Positions 9,433 to 17,976 of a stretch of 64,000 nucleotides of DNA are shown here, in pieces. This stretch comes from Gemmatimonadota bacterium (GTDB lineage Bacteria; Gemmatimonadota; Gemmatimonadetes; Palauibacterales; Palauibacteraceae). The DNA lies in the NCBI GenBank assembly GCA_965116475.1, contig OZ220691.1:1536001-1600000 (forward strand), in the 5' to 3' direction. The position numbers and the translations under genes are program-made. The notes under the pieces were generated by a model that worked only from the letters and a program-made list of their open reading frames with translations, was not told where the DNA came from and did not search any database. The stretch's first letter is position 1, and the number at the start of each line of letters is the position of its first letter.

Positions 9433-10782
9433 CTACTGCTGCAGGCGGAGGACGAAGAGGCCCTCGTTCCAGCTCGACGCGACGAAGATGCCGCTCTCGA
9501 ACCAGGGGTAGGTCGACCAGGAGCCGGAGAAGTTCTGGTCGTTGTGCTCGGGTACGGTGTCGAAATACCCGGCTTCGCGCGGATTCGCGGGGTCGGAGAT
9601 GTCGAGGATGCGCACGCCGAACGCGTAGTTGGAGTGATAGATCCGGCTGCCGTGCACGTAGAGGTTGTGGTCGACCGCCTCGGTCGGACCCAGGTGCTCC
9701 TTCGCCAGCACCGGATCGTCGAGATCGGCGAGGTCCCACACGAGCAGGCGCGTCTGCGAGACCCGGTTGTTCCTCTCGTCGTACTCGTCGTTCTGGTAGA
9801 AATACCGGTGGTCCTCGCTGAGCCACCCCTGGTGGATGTAGTCGCGGTCGGCGTACGTGGCGGTCGACAGCGTCGCCGGGTTCGCCTTGTCCGTCACGTC
9901 CGACACGACGATCGCGGTCTCGTTCGAACCGATGCAGATCTCGCGGCCCGCGTGCTCCGTGTCCGGCCCCCGGTACACGACGCACTGGACATCGTGCGTG
10001 TAGCCGCTGCCGTGGAATCCCGTCCCCTCGGCGGCGTGGCAACCCGCGAACATCGGGTTCTTCGGGTCCGAGAGGTCGATCATGTGCAGGCCGCCCCCGC
10101 AGGTTTCGGCGCCGGAATTGCTGCCGACGGCGTAGGCGAAGCCGGTCTCCTCGTTGATCGCGATATTGTGGACTGCGCTCACCTGCCGGTAGCGCGCGTC
10201 CGCCCCGAGCACGGTGAACTCCGTCAGTCCGCGAAGCCGGGTCAGGTCGAGCACCTGCATCCCGTGGCCCGTGATTCTGTCCGCGACGACATACGCGTGA
10301 TTCTCGTACACCTTCATGTCGCGCCAGATGCTGTGCGAGGTCGCGGAGGCCATGAAGGCGATGGGGCGCGGTTCGGTCGGGGTCGAGAGATCGACGATGG
10401 CGAGTCCGTCGTGGCGGCCCACGAGCGCGTACTCGACGCCCGTCTGCGGGTCCGTCCACCCCCAGATGTCGTTCACGGCCCAGCGGTTCGCCGCTCCCGC
10501 CGGCGTCCGTCCGGGGCTCAGGTCGGGCAGAGATACGTTCGCCGCGAGATCCACGCGGTCGCACGGGAACCCGGCCGCCGAACCGCCCTCGCAGGGGACG
10601 ATCTGCGCCGCGATGGGAGGAGGTGGCGGCGGTTCGGGCGGGTCGATCGGACCCGGGTCGGGCGGGCCGGTCGGCGGTTCCCCGCACGCGGCCGCCGCGA
10701 CCGCCACGACCGCCACGACCGCCACACGGGCAAGCGCCGGGAGCGCGGCCCGGAGGAACGGGGGGCGTGGCCGGCGGTTCAT
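9433..10782 (-). CDS. Choice-of-anchor B family lipoprotein (beta-propeller, Pro-rich linker)
   Basis: Lipobox AAAC; PPEPPPPPP linker; NDIWGWTDP, WRDMKVY, HNIAINEETGFAY, HDVQC, HQGWLSED and DHNLY motifs. Confidence 0.85.
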   Translation of the reverse strand: MNRRPRPPFLRAALPALARVAVVAVVAVAAAACGEPPTGPPDPGPIDPPEPPPPPPIAAQIVPCEGGSAAGFPCDRVDLAANVSLPDLSPGRTPAGAANRWAVNDIWGWTDPQTGVEYALVGRHDGLAIVDLSTPTEPRPIAFMASATSHSIWRDMKVYENHAYVVADRITGHGMQVLDLTRLRGLTEFTVLGADARYRQVSAVHNIAINEETGFAYAVGSNSGAETCGGGLHMIDLSDPKNPMFAGCHAAEGTGFHGSGYTHDVQCVVYRGPDTEHAGREICIGSNETAIVVSDVTDKANPATLSTATYADRDYIHQGWLSEDHRYFYQNDEYDERNNRVSQTRLLVWDLADLDDPVLAKEHLGPTEAVDHNLYVHGSRIYHSNYAFGVRILDISDPANPREAGYFDTVPEHNDQNFSGSWSTYPWFESGIFVASSWNEGLFVLRLQQ

Positions 10783-10790
10783 GCGACGGT

Positions 10791-11960
10791 TCAGCGGGTC
10801 AGCAGGAGCCGCGGCCCCAGGAGCCTGTCCGGGTCCGCGTTCGGCTTCGGGGTGAACTTGTTGATCCAGCCGCCGCTGTAGGAGGCGATATACAGGTTGC
10901 CGTCGTCGTCCATGTCCATCTGGTGCGGGAGCGAGAGGCCGCCGGCCCAGATCCCCCGCCCGATGGCGCCCGCCTGCCCGTAGGCGCCCCAGTAGTCCTG
11001 GAGGACGCCGTCCCGATTGTACTTCAACACGCGGTTCAGGCTCGCGTCCAGGACCCACACGGCGCCGTTCCCATCGAGCCAGATGTTCACGGGATCGAAG
11101 ATGTTCGGCCATTCCTCGATGAACTCGCCGTCGTGCGTGAACAACTGGAGGCGCTCGTTCTGGCGGTCCGCGACGTAGACCCGGTCCTCGTCCACCGCGA
11201 GGCCGTGCAGGAGATCGAATTCTCCCGGGCCGGTGCCGAGGGCGCCCCACTGCATGATGAACTCCCCGTCTTCGGAATACTTGATGATCCGCGAGTTCCA
11301 GTACCCGTCGGCGAGCAGGAAGCTCCCGTCCGGCAGGAACGCGAGCTTCGACGGCCAGCCGTAGGTGTACGGGCCCCAGTCGGAGCGCGCCCGGGCGGCT
11401 TCGCGCGTCTTCGGGTGGTCGCGTTCGCCGAGGCGCATGGCGATCTCGCTGCCGTCGTTCGTGAACTTGACGACCTGCATGTGCCCTTCCCCGCCGCCGC
11501 TGTCGACCACCCACACGTGGCGCTCGGGGTCGTAGGGGTTGATGTACACCTGGTGGGGGAGGGTGAAGAGCGAGTCCCACTGGGCCCACTGTTCCACGAT
11601 CTCGCCGTTCCCGTTCGCGACGACGACGTAGTTCGCGCGGCGCAGGCGTCCCTCGCGGAGGGCCGAGCGGTCGGCGGGCCAGTCGCCGCGCGTGACGACG
11701 ATGATGCGGTCCGCGTGGTCCACGGCGACGCCGGCCACCTGCCCCCAGCCCCACAGGTCGTCGTGGTCCGGCGCGGGCTTCCACCACCCGGCGACGGGAT
11801 CGTAGGGCCCCGTGCGGTCGTCGCCCCCCTTCACGACGGCGCCGTTGGATCCGCCGGCTCCGTCCATCGTCGCCGTGTCCGCGGCCCGGCCCTCGCCACC
11901 GCACGCCGATGTGGCAGCCGCTGTGGCAGCCGCGACGGCCGCGATCGCCCAGATCTTCAT
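10791..11960 (-). CDS. NHL-repeat lipoprotein, peptidyl-alpha-hydroxyglycine alpha-amidating lyase (PAL)-like
   Basis: Lipobox TSAC; ADGYWNSRI and VADRQNERLQ match the PAL Tyr/Arg motifs; three LxH motifs; GTGPGEF NHL repeat. Confidence 0.78.
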   Translation of the reverse strand: MKIWAIAAVAAATAAATSACGGEGRAADTATMDGAGGSNGAVVKGGDDRTGPYDPVAGWWKPAPDHDDLWGWGQVAGVAVDHADRIIVVTRGDWPADRSALREGRLRRANYVVVANGNGEIVEQWAQWDSLFTLPHQVYINPYDPERHVWVVDSGGGEGHMQVVKFTNDGSEIAMRLGERDHPKTREAARARSDWGPYTYGWPSKLAFLPDGSFLLADGYWNSRIIKYSEDGEFIMQWGALGTGPGEFDLLHGLAVDEDRVYVADRQNERLQLFTHDGEFIEEWPNIFDPVNIWLDGNGAVWVLDASLNRVLKYNRDGVLQDYWGAYGQAGAIGRGIWAGGLSLPHQMDMDDDGNLYIASYSGGWINKFTPKPNADPDRLLGPRLLLTR

Positions 11961-13954
11961 TCTCTCTCCCCCTTCCCGCTGCCGGACCGCTTCTCGTCCG
12001 CGTCCGTCGCGGCGGGGGCCCACGGGTCGTCGATACCCGCTCCGGGGCAGGAGTCTCCCGTGTCGAGGAAGTGCGTGTGGAGGCACTCGAGCGTGGCGCC
12101 GAGACTCGTGAGCAGGTCGACCGTCTCCGGGTACGGGACTCGGGTGAAGAACCCGGCCCGGCCGCCGCGCGCCATGTCCGCCGTGGACTGTCCGAGGCGG
12201 GTGATGGCGGTGACGTCTCCGCCCTGCGAGACGAGGTACTCGATGAGTTCGTTGTCGCCGCGCGAGGCGGCGTAGTGCATCGGCGTGTAGAGCCACGAGT
12301 CGCGCTGGTCGACGTCCGCGCCGAGTTCCTCGATCAGGTACTTCACGGCGGGGATGAACTGGTCGGGCCGGTTGCGGACGCTGAACGCGCCGAGACCCAG
12401 GTAGCCTCCGCCCGCGGCGGCGTGGATCGGCCACGCGTTGGGCGCGCCCTCCGGGATCCAGGGCAGCGCGGAGTCCTCCTGCTGCCGGCCATCCTGCTGC
12501 CGCCGCTCGCGCATCCCCACCTCGGGCCAGCGGGTGGGGATGTGCGGGTCCGCGCCGTGCGCGACGAGCAGCTTCATCGCTTCGAGGTCCTGGGCGAAGG
12601 CCGCGCGCCAGAAGGGCGTCGCGCCGGTGAGGTCGACCCCCATCTTCGTGAGGCCGTACTCCCAGTACCACAGGTGCGTGTTCAGGCGCGGGTTGGGGTC
12701 GGCGCCGGCGTCGAGCAGCGCGCGGAGCACAACCATGTGCTCGGCATCCTGCAGGTCCTGGGCGCGCGGCTGCGGGTAGTTGGACTTCGGCGCCCACTGG
12801 GTCTGGAGGACGGCGAACAGGGGCGTCGCCCCGTCGGTCGAGGCGGCGAGGTCGGGGTCGGCCCCGCGCTCGATGAGGACGAGCGCCAGGTCGAACTGGC
12901 CGTTGAGCGCCGCCATGAGGAGCGGGCTCGTGGCGTCCGCGCTCGTCTGGTCGATGTCCGCGCCGCCGTCGAGGAGGACGTTCGCCGTCTCGATGTGGCC
13001 CTCGCGGGCCGCGTGCAGGAGCGCGGTCATGCCACCCGTCCGGCCGACGAGCACCTCGCGGTACGGAGGACGGATGAGGTCGGGACCGCCGGGGTAGTCG
13101 GGCCCGACGCGGCCCAGCGAGTGCGCGCTGACCTCGCCGACGTCGAAGCCGGAGCGGAGGAACTCGCGCTGGGCGCGGATCGCGGCCTGCACGTGGGCCG
13201 GGGTGGGCTCGCCCGGCCGCTCGGCTTCGGGGGCTTCGGGGTCCACCTCGGGCCCGTACGGGCCGAGCGTCTCCGGCGGGGCGCCGATGAAGTCGCGCAG
13301 GCGGCGGTTGGCCTCACGGTCCAGCGCCAGCCTGGGCAGGACGTCGACCACGGCGGTCGTGGTGGCGGGGTCGGCGCCGGCTTCGAGCAGCGCGGCCGCG
13401 GCGGCCGGCCGGTTCGCGGCGGCGGCGAACATCAGCGGTGTCTGCCCCGCCGACCCCTCCCGGGCGTTCGGATCGGCGCCGTGGTCGAGCAGCGCGGCCA
13501 CGGCTGGGCGGGCGTCCACGGCGGCGGCGGCGAGGTGCAGCGCGGTCACGCCGCTGTTCGTCGTCGCGGCGTTCGGGTCGGCCCCGGCCTCGAGCAGGAG
13601 CGCGACGACGGGCCCGTGCCCTCTGCGGGCGGCGAGGTGGAGCGGCGCATAGCGGCCGATCCGCGTCCCGGCGTCCACCGCCGCGTCCGCATCGATCAGC
13701 GCCCGGGCCACCGCCGCGTGGCCGCGCTCGGCGGCGAAGTGCAGCGCGGTCATCCCGTCGCCCCGCGCCGCGTTCACGTCCGCGCCGTCCGCCACGAGCG
13801 CGCGCACGACCGCCACCGCGCCGTCGCGCGCCGCTTCCCGCAGCCGGTCAGAGGAGGAGGAGGAGGAGGAAGCCGCCCCCTCCTGCGCGCCCAAACCTGT
13901 CGGCAGGAGGGCCGAAATCAGGAGCGCCGCGGCCAGTCGGATCCCTTGCCTCAT
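11957..13954 (-). CDS. Secreted ankyrin-repeat protein (DUF1592/DUF1552 operon, copy 1)
   Basis: Signal peptide MRQGIRLAAALLISALLPTGLGA-Q; many G-TALH-AA...GADVN repeats; ATGA overlaps with both neighbours. Confidence 0.9.
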   Translation of the reverse strand: MRQGIRLAAALLISALLPTGLGAQEGAASSSSSSSDRLREAARDGAVAVVRALVADGADVNAARGDGMTALHFAAERGHAAVARALIDADAAVDAGTRIGRYAPLHLAARRGHGPVVALLLEAGADPNAATTNSGVTALHLAAAAVDARPAVAALLDHGADPNAREGSAGQTPLMFAAAANRPAAAAALLEAGADPATTTAVVDVLPRLALDREANRRLRDFIGAPPETLGPYGPEVDPEAPEAERPGEPTPAHVQAAIRAQREFLRSGFDVGEVSAHSLGRVGPDYPGGPDLIRPPYREVLVGRTGGMTALLHAAREGHIETANVLLDGGADIDQTSADATSPLLMAALNGQFDLALVLIERGADPDLAASTDGATPLFAVLQTQWAPKSNYPQPRAQDLQDAEHMVVLRALLDAGADPNPRLNTHLWYWEYGLTKMGVDLTGATPFWRAAFAQDLEAMKLLVAHGADPHIPTRWPEVGMRERRQQDGRQQEDSALPWIPEGAPNAWPIHAAAGGGYLGLGAFSVRNRPDQFIPAVKYLIEELGADVDQRDSWLYTPMHYAASRGDNELIEYLVSQGGDVTAITRLGQSTADMARGGRAGFFTRVPYPETVDLLTSLGATLECLHTHFLDTGDSCPGAGIDDPWAPAATDADEKRSGSGKGERE

Positions 13955-15393
13955 CGCGCTCGGCTCCCCTCCGGAGCCGCCCCGCCCGGGGCCGCTTCGC
14001 CCGTGAACTCGAGCGGGAACGCCCCGTCGCTGTCGCCGAAAGACGCCATCTCCGGGTGCCCGATCTTCCGCATCAGGCTCACGAACGCGTTCGCCATCGG
14101 CGTTCCGTCCGGGGCCCGCAGGTGGACGCCGCCCTCCAGCGCCCCGTTCGCCCCGCCCATGAGCAGCAGCGGCGCGCGCCGGTGGTTGTGCAGGTTCCCG
14201 TCCGCCATCGGCGACCCCCACACGATCGCCGTCCGGTCGAGCAGCGACGCCTCGCCCTCCATCGTGTCCCGCAGCTTCTCCAGGAAGTACGCGACCTGCC
14301 CCAGCCGGTACGTGTTGATCTTGTTGAAATCCATGATGTCCTCGGGGACGTTCCCGTGGTGCGAGGCCCCGTGCACGGACTTCGTCGTCCCGCTCTCCGG
14401 GAAGGTCCGGTTGGACTGGTCGAAGCCGGTCTTGAAGGTGATGACGCGCGTGAGATCGGTCTGCAGCGCGAGCAGTTGCAGGTCGAACATGAGCTGCATG
14501 TGCTCCTTGAAGGAATCCGGCACCCCGGAGGGCGCCTCCGGCATCTCCCGTTCCTCCCCGCTCGCGTTGCGCGCCTCGACGAGCTGGATCCGGCGCTCGA
14601 TCTCGCGGATGTGCTCGACGTACTCGTCCAGCGCGACCCGGTCCGCCGCGCCCAGCGTCCGCCTCAGCCGCACGACCTCGGTCGCGATCCAGTCGATCAT
14701 GCTGCGGTCCGTGCGCCGGCGGGCCGCCCGGTCCTCCGCCGTGTCCCCGGCGCCGAACAGGCGCTCGAACACGACGCGCGGCTCCCGGATGGCGGGCAGC
14801 GGCTGGTTCGGCGACGCCCACGCGAGCGACGTCGTGTACGCGCAGTGGTAGTTGTAGGCGCAGCCCCCGCCGCGATCGATGCCCTCGATGCAGAGTTCGA
14901 GCGAGGGGAGCACGGTCTCCCGCCCGAAGCGCTGCGCGTGCAGCTGGTCTAGCGAGGTGCCGAGGAAGATGTCCGACCCCTGCGTCTGCTTCGGGTGCGC
15001 CTGGGTGAGGAACACCGCCGTCGAGCGATCGTGGTCGCCGCCGATCTCCTCCGCCCGGAACGCCTCCGCCGAGCGGCAATCCGTGTTGCTCACGATCGTC
15101 GTGTACTCGCGAAACGCCTCCAGCGGCTTGAGCTGGCTGTCCGCCACCAGTTCGAAGTCGCGCCCGGTCGTCGCCGGCGCGAACAGGTGGCGTTCATCGC
15201 CCCAGTCGCTCGAACCCGCCACCCCCATCGACTCCTCGATGCAGACGAGGCGGGTGAACTCCGCCGCCTTCATGGGGTCGGCCCACAGCCGTCCCGCGGG
15301 GACCATCGCGTCGAGCAGCGGGAGCGCGACGCTGGCGCCGGCGCCCCGCAGGAAGGTGCGGCGCGAGAGGTGCGTACCCGTGATGAAATTCAT
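13951..15393 (-). CDS. DUF1552 (HxxSHH) domain protein with Tat-like signal, copy 1
   Basis: SRRTFLRGAGASVALPLLDAM leader; GGDH, CAYNYHC, HGASHH and HNH motifs. Confidence 0.88.
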   Translation of the reverse strand: MNFITGTHLSRRTFLRGAGASVALPLLDAMVPAGRLWADPMKAAEFTRLVCIEESMGVAGSSDWGDERHLFAPATTGRDFELVADSQLKPLEAFREYTTIVSNTDCRSAEAFRAEEIGGDHDRSTAVFLTQAHPKQTQGSDIFLGTSLDQLHAQRFGRETVLPSLELCIEGIDRGGGCAYNYHCAYTTSLAWASPNQPLPAIREPRVVFERLFGAGDTAEDRAARRRTDRSMIDWIATEVVRLRRTLGAADRVALDEYVEHIREIERRIQLVEARNASGEEREMPEAPSGVPDSFKEHMQLMFDLQLLALQTDLTRVITFKTGFDQSNRTFPESGTTKSVHGASHHGNVPEDIMDFNKINTYRLGQVAYFLEKLRDTMEGEASLLDRTAIVWGSPMADGNLHNHRRAPLLLMGGANGALEGGVHLRAPDGTPMANAFVSLMRKIGHPEMASFGDSDGAFPLEFTGEAAPGGAAPEGSRAR

Positions 15394-17876
15394 GATCCCT
15401 CCACTTCTTCCACGGCGGGCGCGGGACGCGCCAGCCGGAAAGCGTCGCTGTTCACGACGCCGAGGATGAATGAAGACATGCGGTAGCCGTCGGCCTCCGC
15501 CTCGCGCGCGATGGCCCGGATCCCCGGCTGGTCGAAGTACTCCGCGCGGCGCCCGACCGCGTACGCGAGCAGGTGCGCGGTGAAGTTCCGGACGAGCGGG
15601 ACGGGCCGCTTCATGAGGAGGTCGACGAGTTCCGCCGGCGTGCTCACGTCGGACCCGTCGTAGAACGTCCCCCGCGTGTCGAGCGCGACCCCGTTCTCGC
15701 GCACCCGCACCCGGCCCGTCACGTCGTAGTTGTCGAGCGCGAGCCCGATCGGGTCCATGAACCGGTGGCAGGCGCGGCACGTCGGGTTGGCCGCGTGCAT
15801 CTCCAGCCGTTCGCGCGTCGTCAGCAGCCGCCCGCCCCGGGCCGATTCCGTGTCGTCGAAGGCGGGGATGTTGGGCGGCGGGGGCGGCGGCGGCGTGCCC
15901 ATGAGCACCTCCATCACCCACTTCCCGCGCAGCACCGGCGACGTGCGCGCGGACATCGACGTGAGCAGCAGCACGCTCCCGTGCCCCAGCACGCCGCGCC
16001 GGCTGTCGTCCGGATAGCTCACGCGCCGGAACTCCGGTCCCGAGACCCCCGGAATCCCGTAGTGCCCGGCGAGGCGCTCGTTCAGGAAGGTGTAGTCCGC
16101 CGTGAACAGCTCGAGCAGGCTCCGGTCTTCGCGCACGAGGTGGTCGAAGAAGAGCTGCGTCTCCCGCACCAGGTCCTCGCGCAGCTGGCCGGTGAAGTCC
16201 GGGTAGAGATAAGGCTCGGGCTGGTTGTCCTCCGCATCCTGGAGCCGCAGCCACTGCGAAGCGAAGCGCGTCGAGAGCGCCTCCGCGCGCGGGTCGGCCA
16301 GCATCCGGCGCACCTGCGCCTCGAGGACCGCCGCATCCGAGAGCCGTCCCTCCGCGGCCAGCGTCAGCAGTTCGTCGTCCGGGCTCGCCGCCCACAGGAA
16401 GAACGAGAGCCGCGACGCGAGGTCCACGTCCGCGATCCGGTAGCTCTCGCCGGGCGCGGCCTCGGGAGGCGCCTGCTCGAGACGGAAGATGAAGGACGGG
16501 CTGGCGAGGATCGCCTGCAGCGCCGTCCGGACCCCGATCTCGAACCCGTCCTCGGCCGCCGCGTCCGCCGCCGCCTCATCGTAGAAGGCCATGGGCCCCG
16601 CGAGATCGTCCTCCGTCACCGGCCGCCGGTACGCCGCCCGCGCCAGCTGCGTCACGATCGACGCCGCGCACGCCCGGGCCTCATCGGATGCCCCGGTCGC
16701 CGCGCCGTCCCCCTCGCTCCGGCCCGGATGGCAGTGGAAGACCCTGCGCCGGCTCGCCGTCTCGGAGAGCCCCGCACTGCGCCGGGGACCCGTGATCATC
16801 AGCTCGCTGAGGTGGGGGAGCGCCGTGATCCCGTAGTTCGCCCACGCCTGCGAGTCCTCGCCGCCCACGAACGACCAGCCCGGCGTCTTCAGGCGGTCCT
16901 CGTACGGCCCCTCGATGGTGCGCACGAACGCCGCCGCGACCTGGCGCTGACCCGCCGTCACGAAGATCGGCTCCGTGCGGATCGGCGCCGTCGAACGCCC
17001 GCCGTGCTCGAGGCCGAGCAGGGCGACCCCCTCCCCGTCGATCGAGATGTCGACGTCCTGGAACCCCGTCCCCTGCCCGAAGAGCGTCTCGATCGAGATC
17101 GTGTACTCTCCGTCGACCGGGAAGTCGTGCGTGACGACCATGCCGCCGCGCGTCCCGTACGGCGTGCCCTCGATGCGGTCCCAGGCGTGCTGCGACACGT
17201 CGATCGGGTTCGTGTACTTGGCGGTCTTCGAGACGGCGGCCGGGTTGCCGACGGCGATCCGGCTCACCTCCGTGGCGGCCCGCAGGTAGGCCTCGAGGAG
17301 CGTGGTCGAGAGACCCTGCGCGTCCGCCATGTTGTCGAAGGCGCCGAGGTAGGTGTCCGCCGGCAGCCAGCGGGCGGCGTCGATCTCGAGGTCGAGAAGA
17401 TCGCGGATCACGCGCTCGTACTCGGCCCGGTTCAGCCGCTGGAAGCGCCGGGAGCCGGGGTTCCGGTCTCGCGCGGCGTCGCGGTCGACGACGGTTTCGA
17501 GCGTCTCGACGAGCGCAAGCAGCGTGTCCGGCGACGGGCGGCGCTGGCCCGGCGGCGGCATCATCCCGGCGCGCAGCTTCCGGATCATCTTCTCCGCCGT
17601 CGGCGCCCGCTCGTGCGCGGCGTCCACGGTGAACTCTTCCAGCGTGAGGTTGCCGCGCAGGAGGCGCCCGTTGTGACAGCGGACGCAGTAGCGCAGGACG
17701 ACCGCCGTCAGGTCCGCCGTGTCGGCGACGGCGGCCACGCCGAGGGCGGCCACGTCAAGCGACGCCACGGGCGCCTGGTCAGCGAGGGAGGCGGCGCTGG
17801 ACGCAGGATCCCCCGGGGGCTGCCCCATGAGGGCGAACCACAACCACAGAACCGCACCGGCACTCAGTGTTTTCAC
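15390..17876 (-). CDS. DUF1592/DUF1588/DUF1585-type multi-domain c-type cytochrome, copy 1
   Basis: Heme motifs CVRCH and CRACH; RLNRAEY, LASRLSFFLW, RTSPVLRGKWV and PPPPPP motifs. GTG start is uncertain. Confidence 0.88.
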   Translation of the reverse strand: MKTLSAGAVLWLWFALMGQPPGDPASSAASLADQAPVASLDVAALGVAAVADTADLTAVVLRYCVRCHNGRLLRGNLTLEEFTVDAAHERAPTAEKMIRKLRAGMMPPPGQRRPSPDTLLALVETLETVVDRDAARDRNPGSRRFQRLNRAEYERVIRDLLDLEIDAARWLPADTYLGAFDNMADAQGLSTTLLEAYLRAATEVSRIAVGNPAAVSKTAKYTNPIDVSQHAWDRIEGTPYGTRGGMVVTHDFPVDGEYTISIETLFGQGTGFQDVDISIDGEGVALLGLEHGGRSTAPIRTEPIFVTAGQRQVAAAFVRTIEGPYEDRLKTPGWSFVGGEDSQAWANYGITALPHLSELMITGPRRSAGLSETASRRRVFHCHPGRSEGDGAATGASDEARACAASIVTQLARAAYRRPVTEDDLAGPMAFYDEAAADAAAEDGFEIGVRTALQAILASPSFIFRLEQAPPEAAPGESYRIADVDLASRLSFFLWAASPDDELLTLAAEGRLSDAAVLEAQVRRMLADPRAEALSTRFASQWLRLQDAEDNQPEPYLYPDFTGQLREDLVRETQLFFDHLVREDRSLLELFTADYTFLNERLAGHYGIPGVSGPEFRRVSYPDDSRRGVLGHGSVLLLTSMSARTSPVLRGKWVMEVLMGTPPPPPPPNIPAFDDTESARGGRLLTTRERLEMHAANPTCRACHRFMDPIGLALDNYDVTGRVRVRENGVALDTRGTFYDGSDVSTPAELVDLLMKRPVPLVRNFTAHLLAYAVGRRAEYFDQPGIRAIAREAEADGYRMSSFILGVVNSDAFRLARPAPAVEEVEGS

Positions 17877-17976
17877 GGTGTCTTCACGCGTCCGTCCTTC
17901 GTCACCGACGGATGACGCTCCCTCGCAACCTTTCAACCTAGGAAACGCCATCTCCCCCGGCCACGCCGAAACTCCT

